NCBI RefSeq assembly: GCF_963921235.1 | Contig: NC_086108.1 | Location: forward strand, 90,646,001 to 90,710,000 | Direction: 5' to 3' | Source of the DNA: Mobula hypostoma | Taxonomy: Eukaryota | Length of the DNA: 64,000 bases | In this document: positions 38,512 to 51,452 of the stretch, piece after piece | Layout: each line of letters starts with the position of its first letter | Position numbering within the stretch: position 1 is the first letter of the stretch | Notes under the pieces: model-generated | The model's database searches: none | The model's input: the letters and a program-made list of their open reading frames with translations, nothing else | Told to the model about the DNA's origin: nothing | Made by a program: the position numbers and the translations under genes

Positions 38512-40300
38512 GGACAAAGGAGAGGCAGTGGATGTCATTTACATGGATTTTCAGAAGGCATTTGATAAGGTACCACACATGAGCCTGCTTAACAAGATAA
38601 AATCCTATGGTGTTACAGGAAAGATACTGACATGGATAGCGGAATGGCTGACAGACAGGATCAGCAGGTGGGAATAAAGGGGCCTTTTCTGGTTGGTTGC
38701 CGGTGGCTAGTGGTGTTCCTCAGGGGTCAGTATTAGGACCGCTGCTTTTCACATTGTCAATGATTTAGATAATTAAAATTGATGGCTTTGTGGCAAAGTT
38801 TGCTGATGATACGACGATAGGTGGAGGGGTGGGTAATTACAGTAGGACTTAGACAAATTGGAAGAATGAGCAAAGAAGTGGCAGATGGAATACAGTGTTG
38901 GGAATTTTATAATAAAGCATTTTGGTAAAAGGAACAAAAGTGTGGACTATTACCTAAATGGGAAGAAAATTCAAACATTAGAGGTGCATAGGGAATTTGG
39001 AGTCCTCGTACAAGACTCCCAGAAAGTTGATTTACATGTTGAGTCTGGCATTTAATTCAAGGGGAATAGAATATAAAAAGCAAAGAGATAATACTGAGGC
39101 TTTGTAAGACACTGGTCGGGCTGCACTTGGAATATTGTCAACAGTTTTGGGCCCCATGTCTCAGAAAGGATGTGTTGTCATCGGAGAGAGTCCAGAGGAT
39201 GTTCACAAGGATGATTCCCAGAATGAAGGGGTTAACATTTGAGGACCATTTGGCAGCTTTGGGCCTGTACTCACTGGAATTTAGAAGAATACGGGGAGAT
39301 CTCTTTGAAACCCACTGAATGTTGGAAAGAGTAGATAGGTGGATGCAGAGAGAATGTTTCCTGTGGTGGGGGTATCCAGAACTAGAGGACACCACCTCAA
39401 AATTGAGGGGTGACCCTTTAGAACAGAGGTAAGGAGGAACCGTTTAGCCAAAGAGTAGTAAATCTGTGGAATGCTCTGCCACAGACTGTGGTAGAGGCCA
39501 ATTCCATGTGTATATTTAAGGTGGAAGTTGATCATTTCTTGATCGATCAGGGCATCAAAGGATATAGCAGGAAGGCAGGTGTATGGGATCTGGAATCAAC
39601 CATAATGTAATGGCAGAGCAGAATCGATGGGCTGAATTGGTACATTGACCTTTATTAATCAAAGTATTGAGTGTAAGAGCTGGAATGTTATGATGAGGTT
39701 GTATAAGGCATTGGTGAGGCCGAATCTGGAGTATTGTGTTCAGTTTTGGTCACCAAATTACAGGAAGGATATAAATAAGGTTGAAAGAGTGCAGAGAAGG
39801 TTTACAAGGATGTTGCCGGGACTTGAGAAACTCAGTTACAGAGAAAGGTTGAATAGATTAGGACTTTATTCCCTGGAGCGTAGAAGAATGAGGGGAGATT
39901 TGATAGAGGTATATAAAATTATGATGGGTATAGATAGAGTGAATGCAAGCAGGCTTTTTCCACTGAGGCAAGGGGAGAAAAAAACCAGAGGACATGGGTT
40001 AAGGGTGAGGGGGGAAAAGTTTAAAGGGAACATTAGAGGGGGCTTCTTCACACAGAGAGTGGTGGAAGTATGGAATGAGCTGCCAGACGAGGTGGTAAAT
40101 GTGGATTCTTTTTTAACATTTAAGAATAAATTGGACAGATACATGGATGGGAGGTGTATGGAGGGATATGGTCCGTGTGCAGTTCAGTGGGACTAGGCAG
40201 AAAATAGTTTGGCACAGCCAAGAAGGGCCAAAAGGCCTGTTTCTGTGCTGTAGTTTCTATGGTTTCTATGGAATGGTCTAATTCTGCTCCTATGTCTTAT
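38512..40300 (+). mobile_element. CR1 LINE 3' half, interrupted by a younger CR1
   Basis: MDFQKAFDKV, GVPQGSVLGP, KFADDT; the 3' UTR resumes at 40271. Confidence 0.85.
39638..40270 (+). mobile_element. Younger CR1 3' fragment
   Basis: Uninterrupted 183-codon ORF2 C-terminus; flanked by a GAAT repeat. Confidence 0.88.
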
Positions 40301-40304
40301 GGCC

Positions 40305-41360
40305 TTGCAGTCCTGAACTTCCTTTGTCAGCCACGGTTGCCTACCTGTGCCATTTGAGGACTTCTTCCTCTGTGGGATATATCTATCCTGCACCTTGTGA
40401 ACTATTCCCAGACACTTCAGCCATCTCTACTCTGTCATCATCTCTGCCAGTATCCTCCTCCAATACAGCTGGGTAAACTCCTCCCTCATTATTGATACAT
40501 GTGAATTATGCTTCCTACTGCATAAGCGCAATCATATTATGATCACTGCCTCCTAAGTGTTCCTGTGCGTTAAGCTTCCTAATAAGAACTGGGTTATTAC
40601 ACAACACCCAATCTAAGATAGTTTTTCCCTGAGTAGGTTCAAGCACAGGCTGCTCTAAAAAGCCATCTCTTAGGCATTCAACAAAATTCCCTCCCTTGCA
40701 ATCTGATACCAACCTGTTTTTCCCAATCCCCTTGAATATTGAAGTCCCCTATTATAGTTGTGTCATTACCCTTATTACATGCCTTTTCCAGCTCCCTTTG
40801 CAATCTTAACCCTATATCTTGTCTATCATTTGGTGTCTTATATATGATTCCTATATTTTTTTTACCCTTGCAATTTCTTAACTCCACCCACAAAGATTCA
40901 ACATTCTCTGATCCGCTGTCACCTCTTTCTAATTATGTAATTCCATCTCTTACCAACAGAGCCACACCACTGCCTATGCCTTCCTGCCTATCCTTTCGAT
41001 ACAACATATATCCTTTGATATTTAGCTCCCAACTATGACTTTCTTTCAGTTATGACTCAGTGATGCCCACAACATTGTACTGACCAATCTCTACTTCTAC
41101 CATGAGATGATCCACCTTTTTCTGAATACTATGTGCATTTAAATACAGCACCTTCGGTCCTGCATTCTTCGCTCTTTTAAAATTTGCCTCTGTGGTACAA
41201 TTTAACTCTGTACTGTCTGCATTTGCACCCAGTCATTGGCTTGTCCATCCTTACATTCTATTACATCCATCATCTAATTGTAAACCTGCTGGCTCCTTCT
41301 CAGCTCTATCATACTAGTTCCCATTCCCCTGCCATATTTGTTTAAACCACTACCAACAGG
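40305..41360 (-). mobile_element. CR1 LINE 5' / endonuclease fragment
   Basis: WVELRNCKG, IIGDFN, ILDWVL, LGGSDHN. Confidence 0.85.
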
Positions 41361-41380
41361 GGTATGGGAACCAGTATGAT

Positions 41381-42752
41381 TGTCACAAGGGGAGGCGGTG
41401 CTGGGAGCAAGGGTGGACCCAAATGCAAGACACATCTTGTGAGGTTAACTTAAATTAAGTTTATTGCTCGTTACAAGGAGAGCAAAGCAGAAGCAGGAAT
41501 AGCGTAATGGACAAGGACTCAGGCCTTGGACTAGGCTGGGACTAAGGGTCTGGGCTAGGACTCGGAATCATGGACCACCGGGGCCAGGACTTGAGACTTG
41601 GAGCTGCCGGGGCCAGGACTTGATACTTGGAACCTCTGGGGCCGGGACTTGATACTTGGAGCCTCCAGAGGCAGGACTTGAGACTTGGAGCCACCGGGGC
41701 CGGGACTTGAGACTTGGAGCCTCCGGAGCCAGGACTTGAGACTTGGAGCCTCCAGAGGCAGGACTTGAGACTTGGAGCCACCGGGGCCAGGACTTGATAC
41801 TTGGAGCCTCCAGAGGCAGGACTTGAGACTTGGAGCCTCCGGGGCCGGGACTTGAGACTTGGAGCCACCGGGGCCGGGACTTGAGACTTGGAGCCACCGG
41901 GGCCGGGACTTGAGACTTGGAGCCACCGGGGCCAGGACTTGAGACTTGGAGCCTCCGGAGGCAGGACTTGAGACTTGGAGCCTCCAGAGGCAGGACTTGA
42001 GACTTGGAGCCGCCGGGGCCAGGACTTGAGACTTGGAGCCACTGGGGCCGGGACTTGAGACTTGGAGCCTCCGGAGCCAGGACTTGAGACTTGGAGCCAC
42101 CGGGGCCAGGACTTGATACTTGGAGCCTCTGGGGCCAGGACTTGAGACTTGGAGCCGCCGGGGTCAGGACTTGAGACTTGGAGCCTCTGGAGCCAGGAAC
42201 TCTTCTTATTCACGGGACAAACTCAGACATAGGACATAAAACACTGAGCCGGGAATCCTCCTTAGACACAGGACGGAGTCGGGACTCTTCTTGACACAGG
42301 GTCAGGACCCTTCCAGGGTACAGGGCCGGGACCCCTTTTAGATGCACGACATGGATACGGAGACCACACATCGAAGGAGAGAATTATAACTGGGCTCAAG
42401 TACGCTCCAAGCCGCAGTGAGCTCTTGACTCACCCCCAGCGGGTTAACTTTGACTGATCCGTACTGACAAGGGAAGGTGGCTTGCTGGCTCTTGCTTTGG
42501 GAGGAGACTAGGCTTGCTCCGGCCAGATGACATTGGATCGCAGTACCTACAGTGACTCTGTTAACGCTCTCGCCCCGAATAGCTGAAAGCCGGAAACTAT
42601 AAACTGCCGGTTCAGCCGAGAGTAAATTGCCTCTAGTCACCAAGCCCGAGGGACACGGGAAAACAGGGAACCAAAGGGAAACAGGGAGTCAACGGTCCAG
42701 ATCGTAACATAAACAAAGTAAATTTAAAGGGACCCCGATCCGGACCATGACA
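41381..42752 (-). mobile_element. Probable solo LTR (Gypsy-like) carrying a minisatellite
   Basis: TGTCA...TGACA termini; flanks ATGAT / ATGAC; AATAAA and GCATTTGGGTCC near the minus-strand 3' end. Confidence 0.7.
41575..42197. repeat. 29-bp minisatellite, about 21 copies
   Basis: Unit AGGACTTGAGACTTGGAGCCACCGGGGCC, with variants confined mostly to the GC-rich part. Confidence 0.95.
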
Positions 42753-45700
42753 ATGACAAAGCTGAGGATGAGTCAGCAGGTTTACAAGTAGGTGATGGGT
42801 GTAATATGAATGTAAGGAAGGGCAAACCTATTGTGGCAGTAGGCAAACTGAAGTGGATTCAGGTCATCTTTGAGGAAGGAATTGATCTGTCACATAAGCA
42901 GTCTCTCAAAGCTCTTAATTATGGTTAATGTAAGTACTGTTGGACTGTGAGGCAGGTCACAATGCTCTTCTTTGGCATCGGTACAATAGATGCCTTTCTG
43001 ACACAGGTGGGACCCTCAGACCACATTACTGAGAGTATGGATATGTTTGTAAATACTCCAGCCAGTCAGTTCACACACTTCTTTAGTGCTTGGCCAGATA
43101 ATAGATACAAGATAAAACCTAAAATAAGCTATTGAATTCTATATAAACTAATTTTCAATGAAAATTATTATACTTTTGCTGTGTTTATTGGCTTTTTTTA
43201 TATTTTACTTACAGTGTTCTTTCGACTGTGAAGTTTACAGAAAGAGAATTCTAATGTTGAATATTTTTGGAAAGGGGCCAATACTTTATGTGATGAGTTG
43301 CTCAGGCTTGCAAATATCTTTTCATTGTTTAACCTCTGAAGAAAGGGTGCTGATGTTATATTTTATAAAAGTAACTAGAAGTGTGCCAAATACAATAGCT
43401 GTTAGTCATTTGCCTTTGTACATGTGACAATAATAAACCAATTTATCTATTTATCAACTGGGTCTTTTTTGGCAGTTGTCACTGTTTCTGATTTTCACTG
43501 ATTCTGGTTTCATGCAAGGAAATCAACTTAGAAATTCTAAATTTGCAATTGGAAGACCATTTAATGCTACTTCCTCTAAAAGTGGGTTTTAGAGGAATTC
43601 AAAATGTCCTTTACATAACTCAATCTAATTCAAAGCGTTTTGACTTCTGATATTCAAAACTTAGAAGAAATCAATAGGTTTGGTGATAAGCCAACACGAA
43701 AACACCTTGGAAGCTGTTCCTCCAATAGTACCAAGATTTTTTATATTCCCTAATTTCATAACAAAATGAGGCGATCCTGCCCTTCACCCTGTGCTGACTC
43801 AGGCCCCATTCATCAGTAACATTCCCACTTTACATTCCTATACCCCATTTTCTCTTCTATATCCAGCAACTCCTCCCTACCTCTCTTATCACTTTCCTAT
43901 TACAGTTTACCAGCATGTTTTTGGGATCTGGTTAAAAACCAGAACCACTGGCAGAAATCCGCAGGTAGAACTTGCAAACTCCACACAAACAGCACTGGAA
44001 GTTCGAATTGAACCCAAGTCACTGAGGCTATGTGGCAACGGCATCAAAACAAATCCAGTAATGGAAAAGAATGCAAAAGTTGAAAAGCGTAACATTCTGC
44101 TCTGAAATTTAACACCCCAGGTCCTTACCTGTTCACAGCTATGGCATGCCAGCCGGGCAGTACAACAGTCAAATCTGCTGCCCCACATCCTAGTGACACA
44201 GGTTTGATCCTGACTTCCGGCACTGCCTGTGTGGGGTTCGCACTTTTGCCATGACCATTCGGGTTTCACCTGGGTGTTATGCTTTCGTCCACATTCAAAA
44301 ATCAGCTGGCTGGTTATCACTGCTAGCCTGGTGTTTGTGCAAGAAAGTACCACAGGGAAGTTGATGGTCATGTGGGAGAGGATGAGTTACAGGGGAAGAA
44401 AAGAGGGAATGGATCTGATGGGAATAATGTGTTATAGTCGGTTTGGCTCTAAGTGGGGCTGGAAGGTCTCCATAAGTCAGACAAATTCTGTGGACTGTGG
44501 TGCCCTGGTTGTCTCCCATCTATGGCTGCAGACCCTTCCATGATAAGTCTTCATGTTATTTGATGAGGCATGGAGAACTGCTGCCGGTCATGAGCAGTCC
44601 TATACCTGCTGGCCGGACATAATGGAAAGAGTTCTCAGGGAATTATAGCTGTGGTGCATAGTTAACTGAACTGCCACAGTAACAGGAGAATTGTCATTAG
44701 AAGGGTAACTTCAATGGCATGAACCTGTACTACAGACCACATCCCAGGCCCATCACATTGATGCAACCATGAAAAAGCGGCTATAACTCATTAGGAATTT
44801 GAGGACCCGAGACTTGAGCAAAATGCTACAGATGTACCATGGAGAGCATTCTGATTCATTGCATCATTGCCTGGTGGCTGCAGTGCACAGCATCGAAAGA
44901 GGCTCAGCCAGATCCACCATGGACACCAGACTCCCCATCATCAAGGACATCTTCAGTAGGTACTGCCTCAAGAATGTGGCTTCCATCTTTCAGGCCCTCA
45001 CCATCCAGGACATGCCCGTTTCACATTATTACCATCAGGGAGGAGGTACAGGAACCTGAAGATCTACACTCAACAAGTGAGGAAAAGTTTTTTTTCCCCT
45101 TCGCCATCAGGCTTTCAACAGTCTTTGAAACCATGAAGAGTGCCTCATTATTCCTTGCTTCTACATTATTTACTTTTGTAATTTATAGATTTTTATGTTC
45201 TTCCTTGGACTCTAGTCCTGCTGCAAAACGACAGATTTCTCATAACAGGTTGAGGACCTCTTACACTGGCAGTGGTGGTAGAGGCAGATGCATTAGGGAC
45301 ATATAAGAAACTCTTAGATAGGAAATTGGATAAGCAAAAATAGAGGTTGGTGTGGCAGGAAAGGGTTAAATTGATCTCAGAGTAGGTTAAAAGATCCTCA
45401 CAACATTGTGGGCCAAAGGACCTGTACTGTGTTCTACTTTTCTATGTTTAATGATGCTAGTGAATGATGGAGGCTGGAAGGGCCAGACAGCTACTCCTGT
45501 TGCTATTTATTATGGAATTGTAGAATGGTTACAGCATAGGGGCCAACCCTGTTGGCCCATGTAAGAACGATTGCCTCAGCAGCCACTCAGACATCCCACC
45601 CATCTCCACCACACTCTTACCCTCTGCCAGTAAATTCATTCATTCCATATACTATCCAGTTCCCCTTTGAGTGCCATAGTTGATTCTACTTCTGTTTCTA

Positions 45701-45793
45701 CCGTGGCAGTGCACCCTAGACCCCAACCATGTCTTTGAGGCATTTTGGCTCTTTTGCCAATCTCTTCTATCAATAGAAATTTTCTATCCATGT

Positions 45794-45832
<39 letters not shown>

Positions 45833-45899
45833 CTTCTCCAAACTCTTAATGATTTTCAAGACACTCCCTCCGAACCACCTCTGTACCAAAGAGAATATA

Positions 45900-46682
45900 C
45901 ACTCAATAGTCACCTTATTAGGTACAACTGAACACTTTATCAATGCAAATATCTAATCAGCCATTTGGCAGCAGGTCAATGCATAAAAGCATGCAGGCAT
46001 GGTCAAAAGATTTAGTTGTTGTTCAGACCAAACATCAGCTTGGGGAAAAAAGTGATCTAAGAGACTTTGACTGTGAAATGATTGTTTGTGCCAAATGGGA
46101 TGGTTTAATTATCTCATAAACTGCTGATCTCCTAGGATTTTCATGCGCAGCAGACTCTACAGTTTACAGAGAATGCTGCAAAAAAAAGTAAAAATTGCCA
46201 GTAAGCAGCAGTTCCATGGGTGGAAATACCTTATTATTTGAGAAAAGTCAGAAGAGAATAGCCAGACTGGTTCAAGCTGATTGGCAGCGTGCATGAACCT
46301 CATGGTGGGCAGGCTGCAACTTGATGTTTGGCTACAGAGAGGGAACGGTCTGCCACCGAGCCCAGCTTTTCTGCATTTTGGATATGGACTATAGAATTTT
46401 TTTCAGTTTTACAGTTTTTTTATATTCTGTGTTTTTCACCTGATCTTTCTTTTCTTTTTGCGCGGGGTGGGAAGTTTAGGGTCGATGTGCCTATTCCGTT
46501 TTGTTCATTTTTTTGCGTGGCGAGGGAATTGGGGGGGGGTGTGATGATTGTGCTACCTTTCTTTTCTTTCTTGGCTACACTGAGAAGAAGAATTTCAAGT
46601 TGTATACCTTGATAATAAATGAACTTTTTGAACATACACTTTTGAACATACAGGAGATACCAAATAAAGTCCCCACTGAATG
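45900..46682. mobile_element. Tc1-derived MITE (same family as 31715), interrupted
   Basis: Shares atgcaaatatctaatcagcc and ccagactggttcaagctga; degenerate TIRs; foreign insert at about 46283-46650. Confidence 0.65.
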
Positions 46683-47744
46683 TAGAACATAGAAAATTAC
46701 AGCACAGTCCTGGCCACTTGGCCCATGGGGTTTTGCTGACCTTTTGACCAGCATGTTTGGTTTAATCTCAGAACCAGTACACCTTCTCCAGTTTATTCTC
46801 ACAGATGAAGTTCCTTGTCCCTGAAGTTATCTTACCAACTCCATTTTGTACACTCTTTACACCCTGCAGAACACAGGTATTTAGTGTCAGGAAAATTTTT
46901 ATATCTTTCTGAAAATATGGTGTCTGGAGGACACAGTTGTGACTGATTTTACAGAGTATACTACAAGAACTTTGGTCTTGTCATTGAACCTCTGTTTATA
47001 AATCCCAGGATGCCATATGCTGTTTTAAACAGCTTCTAAAGCTCTCCTGCCACTTTCGATGAACTTGCAGTAATACCCACAGATTGCAGCGTTGGTGCTG
47101 AAATTTGAATTGTTTCTTCTTCTCCATAAGCGCCTTTTATCTTTCATTCAACTAAAATGTAACATTTTGCACTTCTCAGCATGAGTGATCAGAGGTACCG
47201 CTGCTGATTTAATGAGCCATTGACTGTTCACCGTACCAGCATGTGTCCTTGGCTTAATCTTAGAAGGAAGCACGTTGTCCATGAATTCTTGCAAATAAGA
47301 GCGCATGATGTCCAGAGGAGGTTATAGCCCCAGACCAGCACACAAGCTTCTCTGAGACTGGAAGTGGACTCCTTCCCGTTCCTTGCCATCTCTTACTCTC
47401 AAGAGCCTCCACTTCAACATTGGCGTGTCAGCCTCCCATTAGTTGTCTTTGTCTGATGCTTGTGGGGCAGCAGCGAGGAGTGGATCCCCCAGCCCCTCCC
47501 AACAATGCCCAGAGCAGATTCACCAGCCCAGGTGTCAAACTGCAGCCCACTGCTAGGGATAAACGTCACATAGTAGTTCATGAGCGTCGGACTGTAGTCC
47601 ACTGGTTTCAGACAGTAGCCCACAATTATGATGTTGTAGTTCCCTCATGCCAGGTATCAGCCTGGAACCGAGTGGTACCGTGTAGCTTATTGGTCCCAAA
47701 TGTCAGACTGAAGCTCATTGGTTTCTAGTTTTTAAGCTCACTTT

Positions 47745-48735
47745 GACATCATGAAATCGAAGCTAAGCCCAGTGCTACTTTTAAGTTTGCTGACGATGGC
47801 ACTATTGTTGACCGAATAAAAGGTGGCGATGAACCAGCATACAGGAGGGAGAATCTAGATGAGTGGTGCTACAGCAACAACCTCTCACTCAATGTCAGCA
47901 AGAGCAAGGAGATAATTATTGACTTCAGGAGGGGGAAACCAGAGGTGCATGAACCAGTCTTCATTGGGGGATCAGATGTGAAGGGTGTCAGCAACTTTAA
48001 ATTCTTCATGTGATCATTTCAAAGGACCCGTCCTGGACCCAGCATGTTAGTGCAATGGCAAAGAAAGCACAGCAGCACCCCTACTTCCTTAGAAGTTTGC
48101 AAAAGTTTGGCTTGACATCTAAAAGTCTGGCAAACTTCTACAGATGTGTGGTAGAGAATATAATGACTGGTCGCATCACGACTTAGTGTGGAACACCAAT
48201 GCTCTTGAACAGGAAATTGTACGAGAAGTAGTGAATATAGCCCAGTCCATTACAGGAAAAACCCTCCCCACCATTGAGCACATTGATACAGAGTGCCTTT
48301 GCAGGAAAGCAGCATCAAAGACCCCCAGCACCCAAGTAATGTTCTTTTCTCACTGCTGCCATCAGGAGGAAGGTATGGGACCCTTAGGACTCACACTACC
48401 AGGTTCAGAAACAGTTATCACCCTGAACCATCAGGCTCTTGAAGCTGTGATGATAACTTTCCTGAACCTCACATGCCCTATCACTGAACTGTTCCCACAA
48501 CTTATGGACTCACTTTCAAGGACTCTTCATCTCATGTTCGCGATATTTATTGTTTATTTATTTATTATTAATATTTCCTTTGTATTTTTCAGTTTGTTGT
48601 TTCTAACATACTGGTTGCATACTGAAGTTGGTGTGGTCTTTCATTGATTCTATTATGGATTTATTGAAAATTCCCCCAAGAAAATGTATCTCAGGGTTGT
48701 ATATGGTGACATGTATTTAATTTGAACTTTGAACT
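47745..48735 (+). mobile_element. Rex1/Babar-like LINE 3' remnant
   Basis: KFADDGTIV and NNLSLNVSK motifs; tttgaactttgaac tail. Confidence 0.75.
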
Positions 48736-48773
48736 TAAGCAAAGGTCATGCTGCATTTGGTTCTTCTTGGAAA

Positions 48774-49070
48774 GGCAGCATGGTAGTGTAGCATTTAGTG
48801 CAATGCTTTACATGCCAGTGGTCCATGACCGGGGTTCAGTTCCTGCCACTTTCTGGAGTTTGTATCTCCCCAAGACTGCATGGTGCTCCTCCAGGTGATC
48901 CAGCCTCCAGTCACATTCCAAAGACATAGACTTCAGAGTTAGGTAGTTGTAGGCATGCTGTGTAGGTGCTGGAAGCATGGTGACATTTATGGGTTGCCAT
49001 CCACGGAATGTGTCAGTCATTGCATTTCAATGTATGTTTCAATGTACATATGACAAATGATGCTAATTCT
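48774..49070 (+). mobile_element. tRNA-derived SINE
   Basis: Head ggcagcatggtagtgtagc, B-box-like ggggttcagttcc; body similar to 1925-2225. Confidence 0.65.
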
Positions 49071-49562
49071 TGTCTTTATCTTTTAGCTTTGAATCTAGTT
49101 AAGTCACTCCTAGCCAACACCATGCCAGACATTTTCTGCCACATTTCTAATAGGGTCCGAGCAGGTTTTTAGTCACCGTCTTCTCAGTATATAAAACATC
49201 TCTCTTAGCAATTTCCTCCTGCACCATGACTTCAGTATTGCTATCATGGGTGTGTACTTTCATGGATGTTTTCTTTTCTGTTGTTGATTTCAATGGCTGC
49301 CCAAAATAAAGCATGCCCCATCAGAGTTGTTCAGGCTCTGCTCTGCTGCACACCTTTGGGTGTAAATCATCCTAACCCTGTTAGAATATCTCTTTGGTTC
49401 TCTCCACACATTCTTGCCCAGTCATTGCTAGGCATAACAACAGTTTAGCACCTTAGAAGTCCGATTCTGATTTTACTCCTGCTGGATAGTTCAAAATTCT
49501 TACTTTTTGTTTGGTGAACTCAAAGTAATAAGTTTCTGAATGCATTCTCATTTATACTTCAG

Positions 49563-49759
49563 GTGTTCAAAGAGATGAAAATGCCTCAGGTTCGGAATCC
49601 ATCCCTTCCACCCCCTGAAGAACTACCTGAGAGTTTCCATGCTAAAATCGCTCTGATTGGATGTGGGCCTGCCAGCATCAGTTGTGCTTCATTTTTGGCT
49701 CGATTAGGCTATTCGGACATCACAATATTTGAAAAGGAGGAGTACATTGGAGGCTTGAG
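49563..49759 (+). CDS. DPYD: Dihydropyrimidine dehydrogenase, internal coding exon (equivalent to human exon 6)
   Basis: Acceptor atacttcag| and donor |gtagat; 197 bp. Reads [65 protein letters not shown], with the FAD-binding GxGxxS motif. Phases join the previous exons in frame. Confidence 0.97.
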
Positions 49760-49873
49760 GTAGATTTTTCACTTTACTTCTGTAACAATGATTAAATAGA
49801 AATGGAATACAAAGCTGCACACTTAGACACCGCATTCCTGACATGGTCCTCCTATTGACTCGACTTTCTGCTA

Positions 49874-50366
49874 CACTTAGTGGCCACTTTATTAGGTACT
49901 CATGCACATTAATGTAAATATCTAATCAGCTAATCATAAGTAATAGGGAAGAAATGTGATCTAAGAGACTTTAACTGTGGAACGGTTGCTGGTACCAGAC
50001 GGGGTGATTTCGGTATCTCAGAAACTGCTGACCTCCTGGGATTGTCACACACAACATTCTCTAGGGCCTGCAGAGGATAGTGTGAAAAACAAAAATAACA
50101 TCCAGTCAGCGGCAGTTCTTTGGGCGAAAACGCCTTGTTAATGAGGGAGGTCAGAGGAGATGGGCCAGACTGGTTCAAGCTGACAAAAAGGTGACAGTAA
50201 CTTAGCTAACCACGTGTTATAACAGTAGTGTGCAGAAAAGCATCTCTGAATGCACCAAACAGCGTACCTTGAAGTAGATGCACTATAGCAACGGAAACCC
50301 ATAAACATATACGCAGTGAACACTTTTTTAGGTACAGGAGGTACATAATAAAATGGCCGCTGAGTG
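49874..50366. mobile_element. Tc1-derived MITE (same family as 31715)
   Basis: TIRs CACTTAGTGGCCA / TGGCCGCTGAGTG and a shared body. Confidence 0.8.
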
Positions 50367-51452
50367 CAATCAAACCTGACTTTCTTTGACTTCTTGTCTT
50401 TCTTAGACAAGAGAACTGACCAATGGCTATATGAGTAGTATTTGTTTAGAATGTGTTCATATCCACAAGTTGTACCAGGCCATCTATATAATAAACAAGT
50501 ACTTTAAGTCAAATTTTGGTAATCCATTTTTATAAAAAAAACTCCTAGAAATAGCTGTTAGGGGAATAATATATTAAATTCAGATTTTTTTGCTTGCCTT
50601 TTGACATGAAATTTACATTGTGCAGTACAGTATATTTGGAGAAATCAAAGCTCTGTGTAGACAGCATTGTCATCCATTCTACCAGTGCCAGTGATGTTTT
50701 GGAAGATTGAAAAGAACAGATGCACATGTTTTTTTCCCCAGTCACTTAAGACTGTAGTTATATAGCAGCCTCCAGTCTGAGACCCAAACTTGCCAGCTGC
50801 AATGCACAGATGGCAGAATAGATAAAGAAATCTGTGCATACGAGCTTCAGTACATGCGTTGGGCTCTACGTCTCCCATTGTTATGTTTTTAATATTGTGA
50901 AATGAGTGACCTACCTGCTAAACCAGACACAGAGAAAAAGTTTTGCAATGTTGCTAGGACATAAGTCAGGACTTATTTTTACATTTAAAATGCTCATGTC
51001 TCATCTGGGACTCAAAACAGAATAAAAACAGCCTCCATTTATTAATCCACTTTGACACCTGAGACATGTCATTCACTGAAAATTAGTTTTCATCGGTAAG
51101 AGAGTGTGAAATAACTGACCCTTTACTTGTAGGTTTAGTCAATTTTCTTTTGCAATGACATTTGCCTTTTTAGCAGTGTTTATTAATACCTGTTTATTTA
51201 ATGAAATCGTAGAACAGAGAATAGTACAGAACAGGAACACTTCAGCCCACAATGTCTGTACGGAACGTGATGCCAATTGAAGCTAAGTCTTTTTTGCCTT
51301 TACACGATCCGTATCCCTCCATTTCCTATATATTCATGCGTCTATTCAACAGCTTCTTAAGCACCACTATCGTATCTGCTTCCATTGCTACCCTGTCGCA
51401 GGCACTTACCACTCTCAGGGTAAAGAAACTTGCCCTGTGAACCTTCTTTAAA

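Noticed and set aside
41575..42197. CRISPR-like look of the 29-bp array, and long ORFs at 41542-42213
   Set aside because: The variable parts are short recurring variants, not unique spacers. There are no cas genes and the context is a vertebrate intron. The ORFs are a by-product of a stop-free repeat.
49563..49763. Stand-alone 66-aa ORF
   Set aside because: It is an internal DPYD exon. The first codon GTG is Val after the splice acceptor, and the stop lies in the intron.
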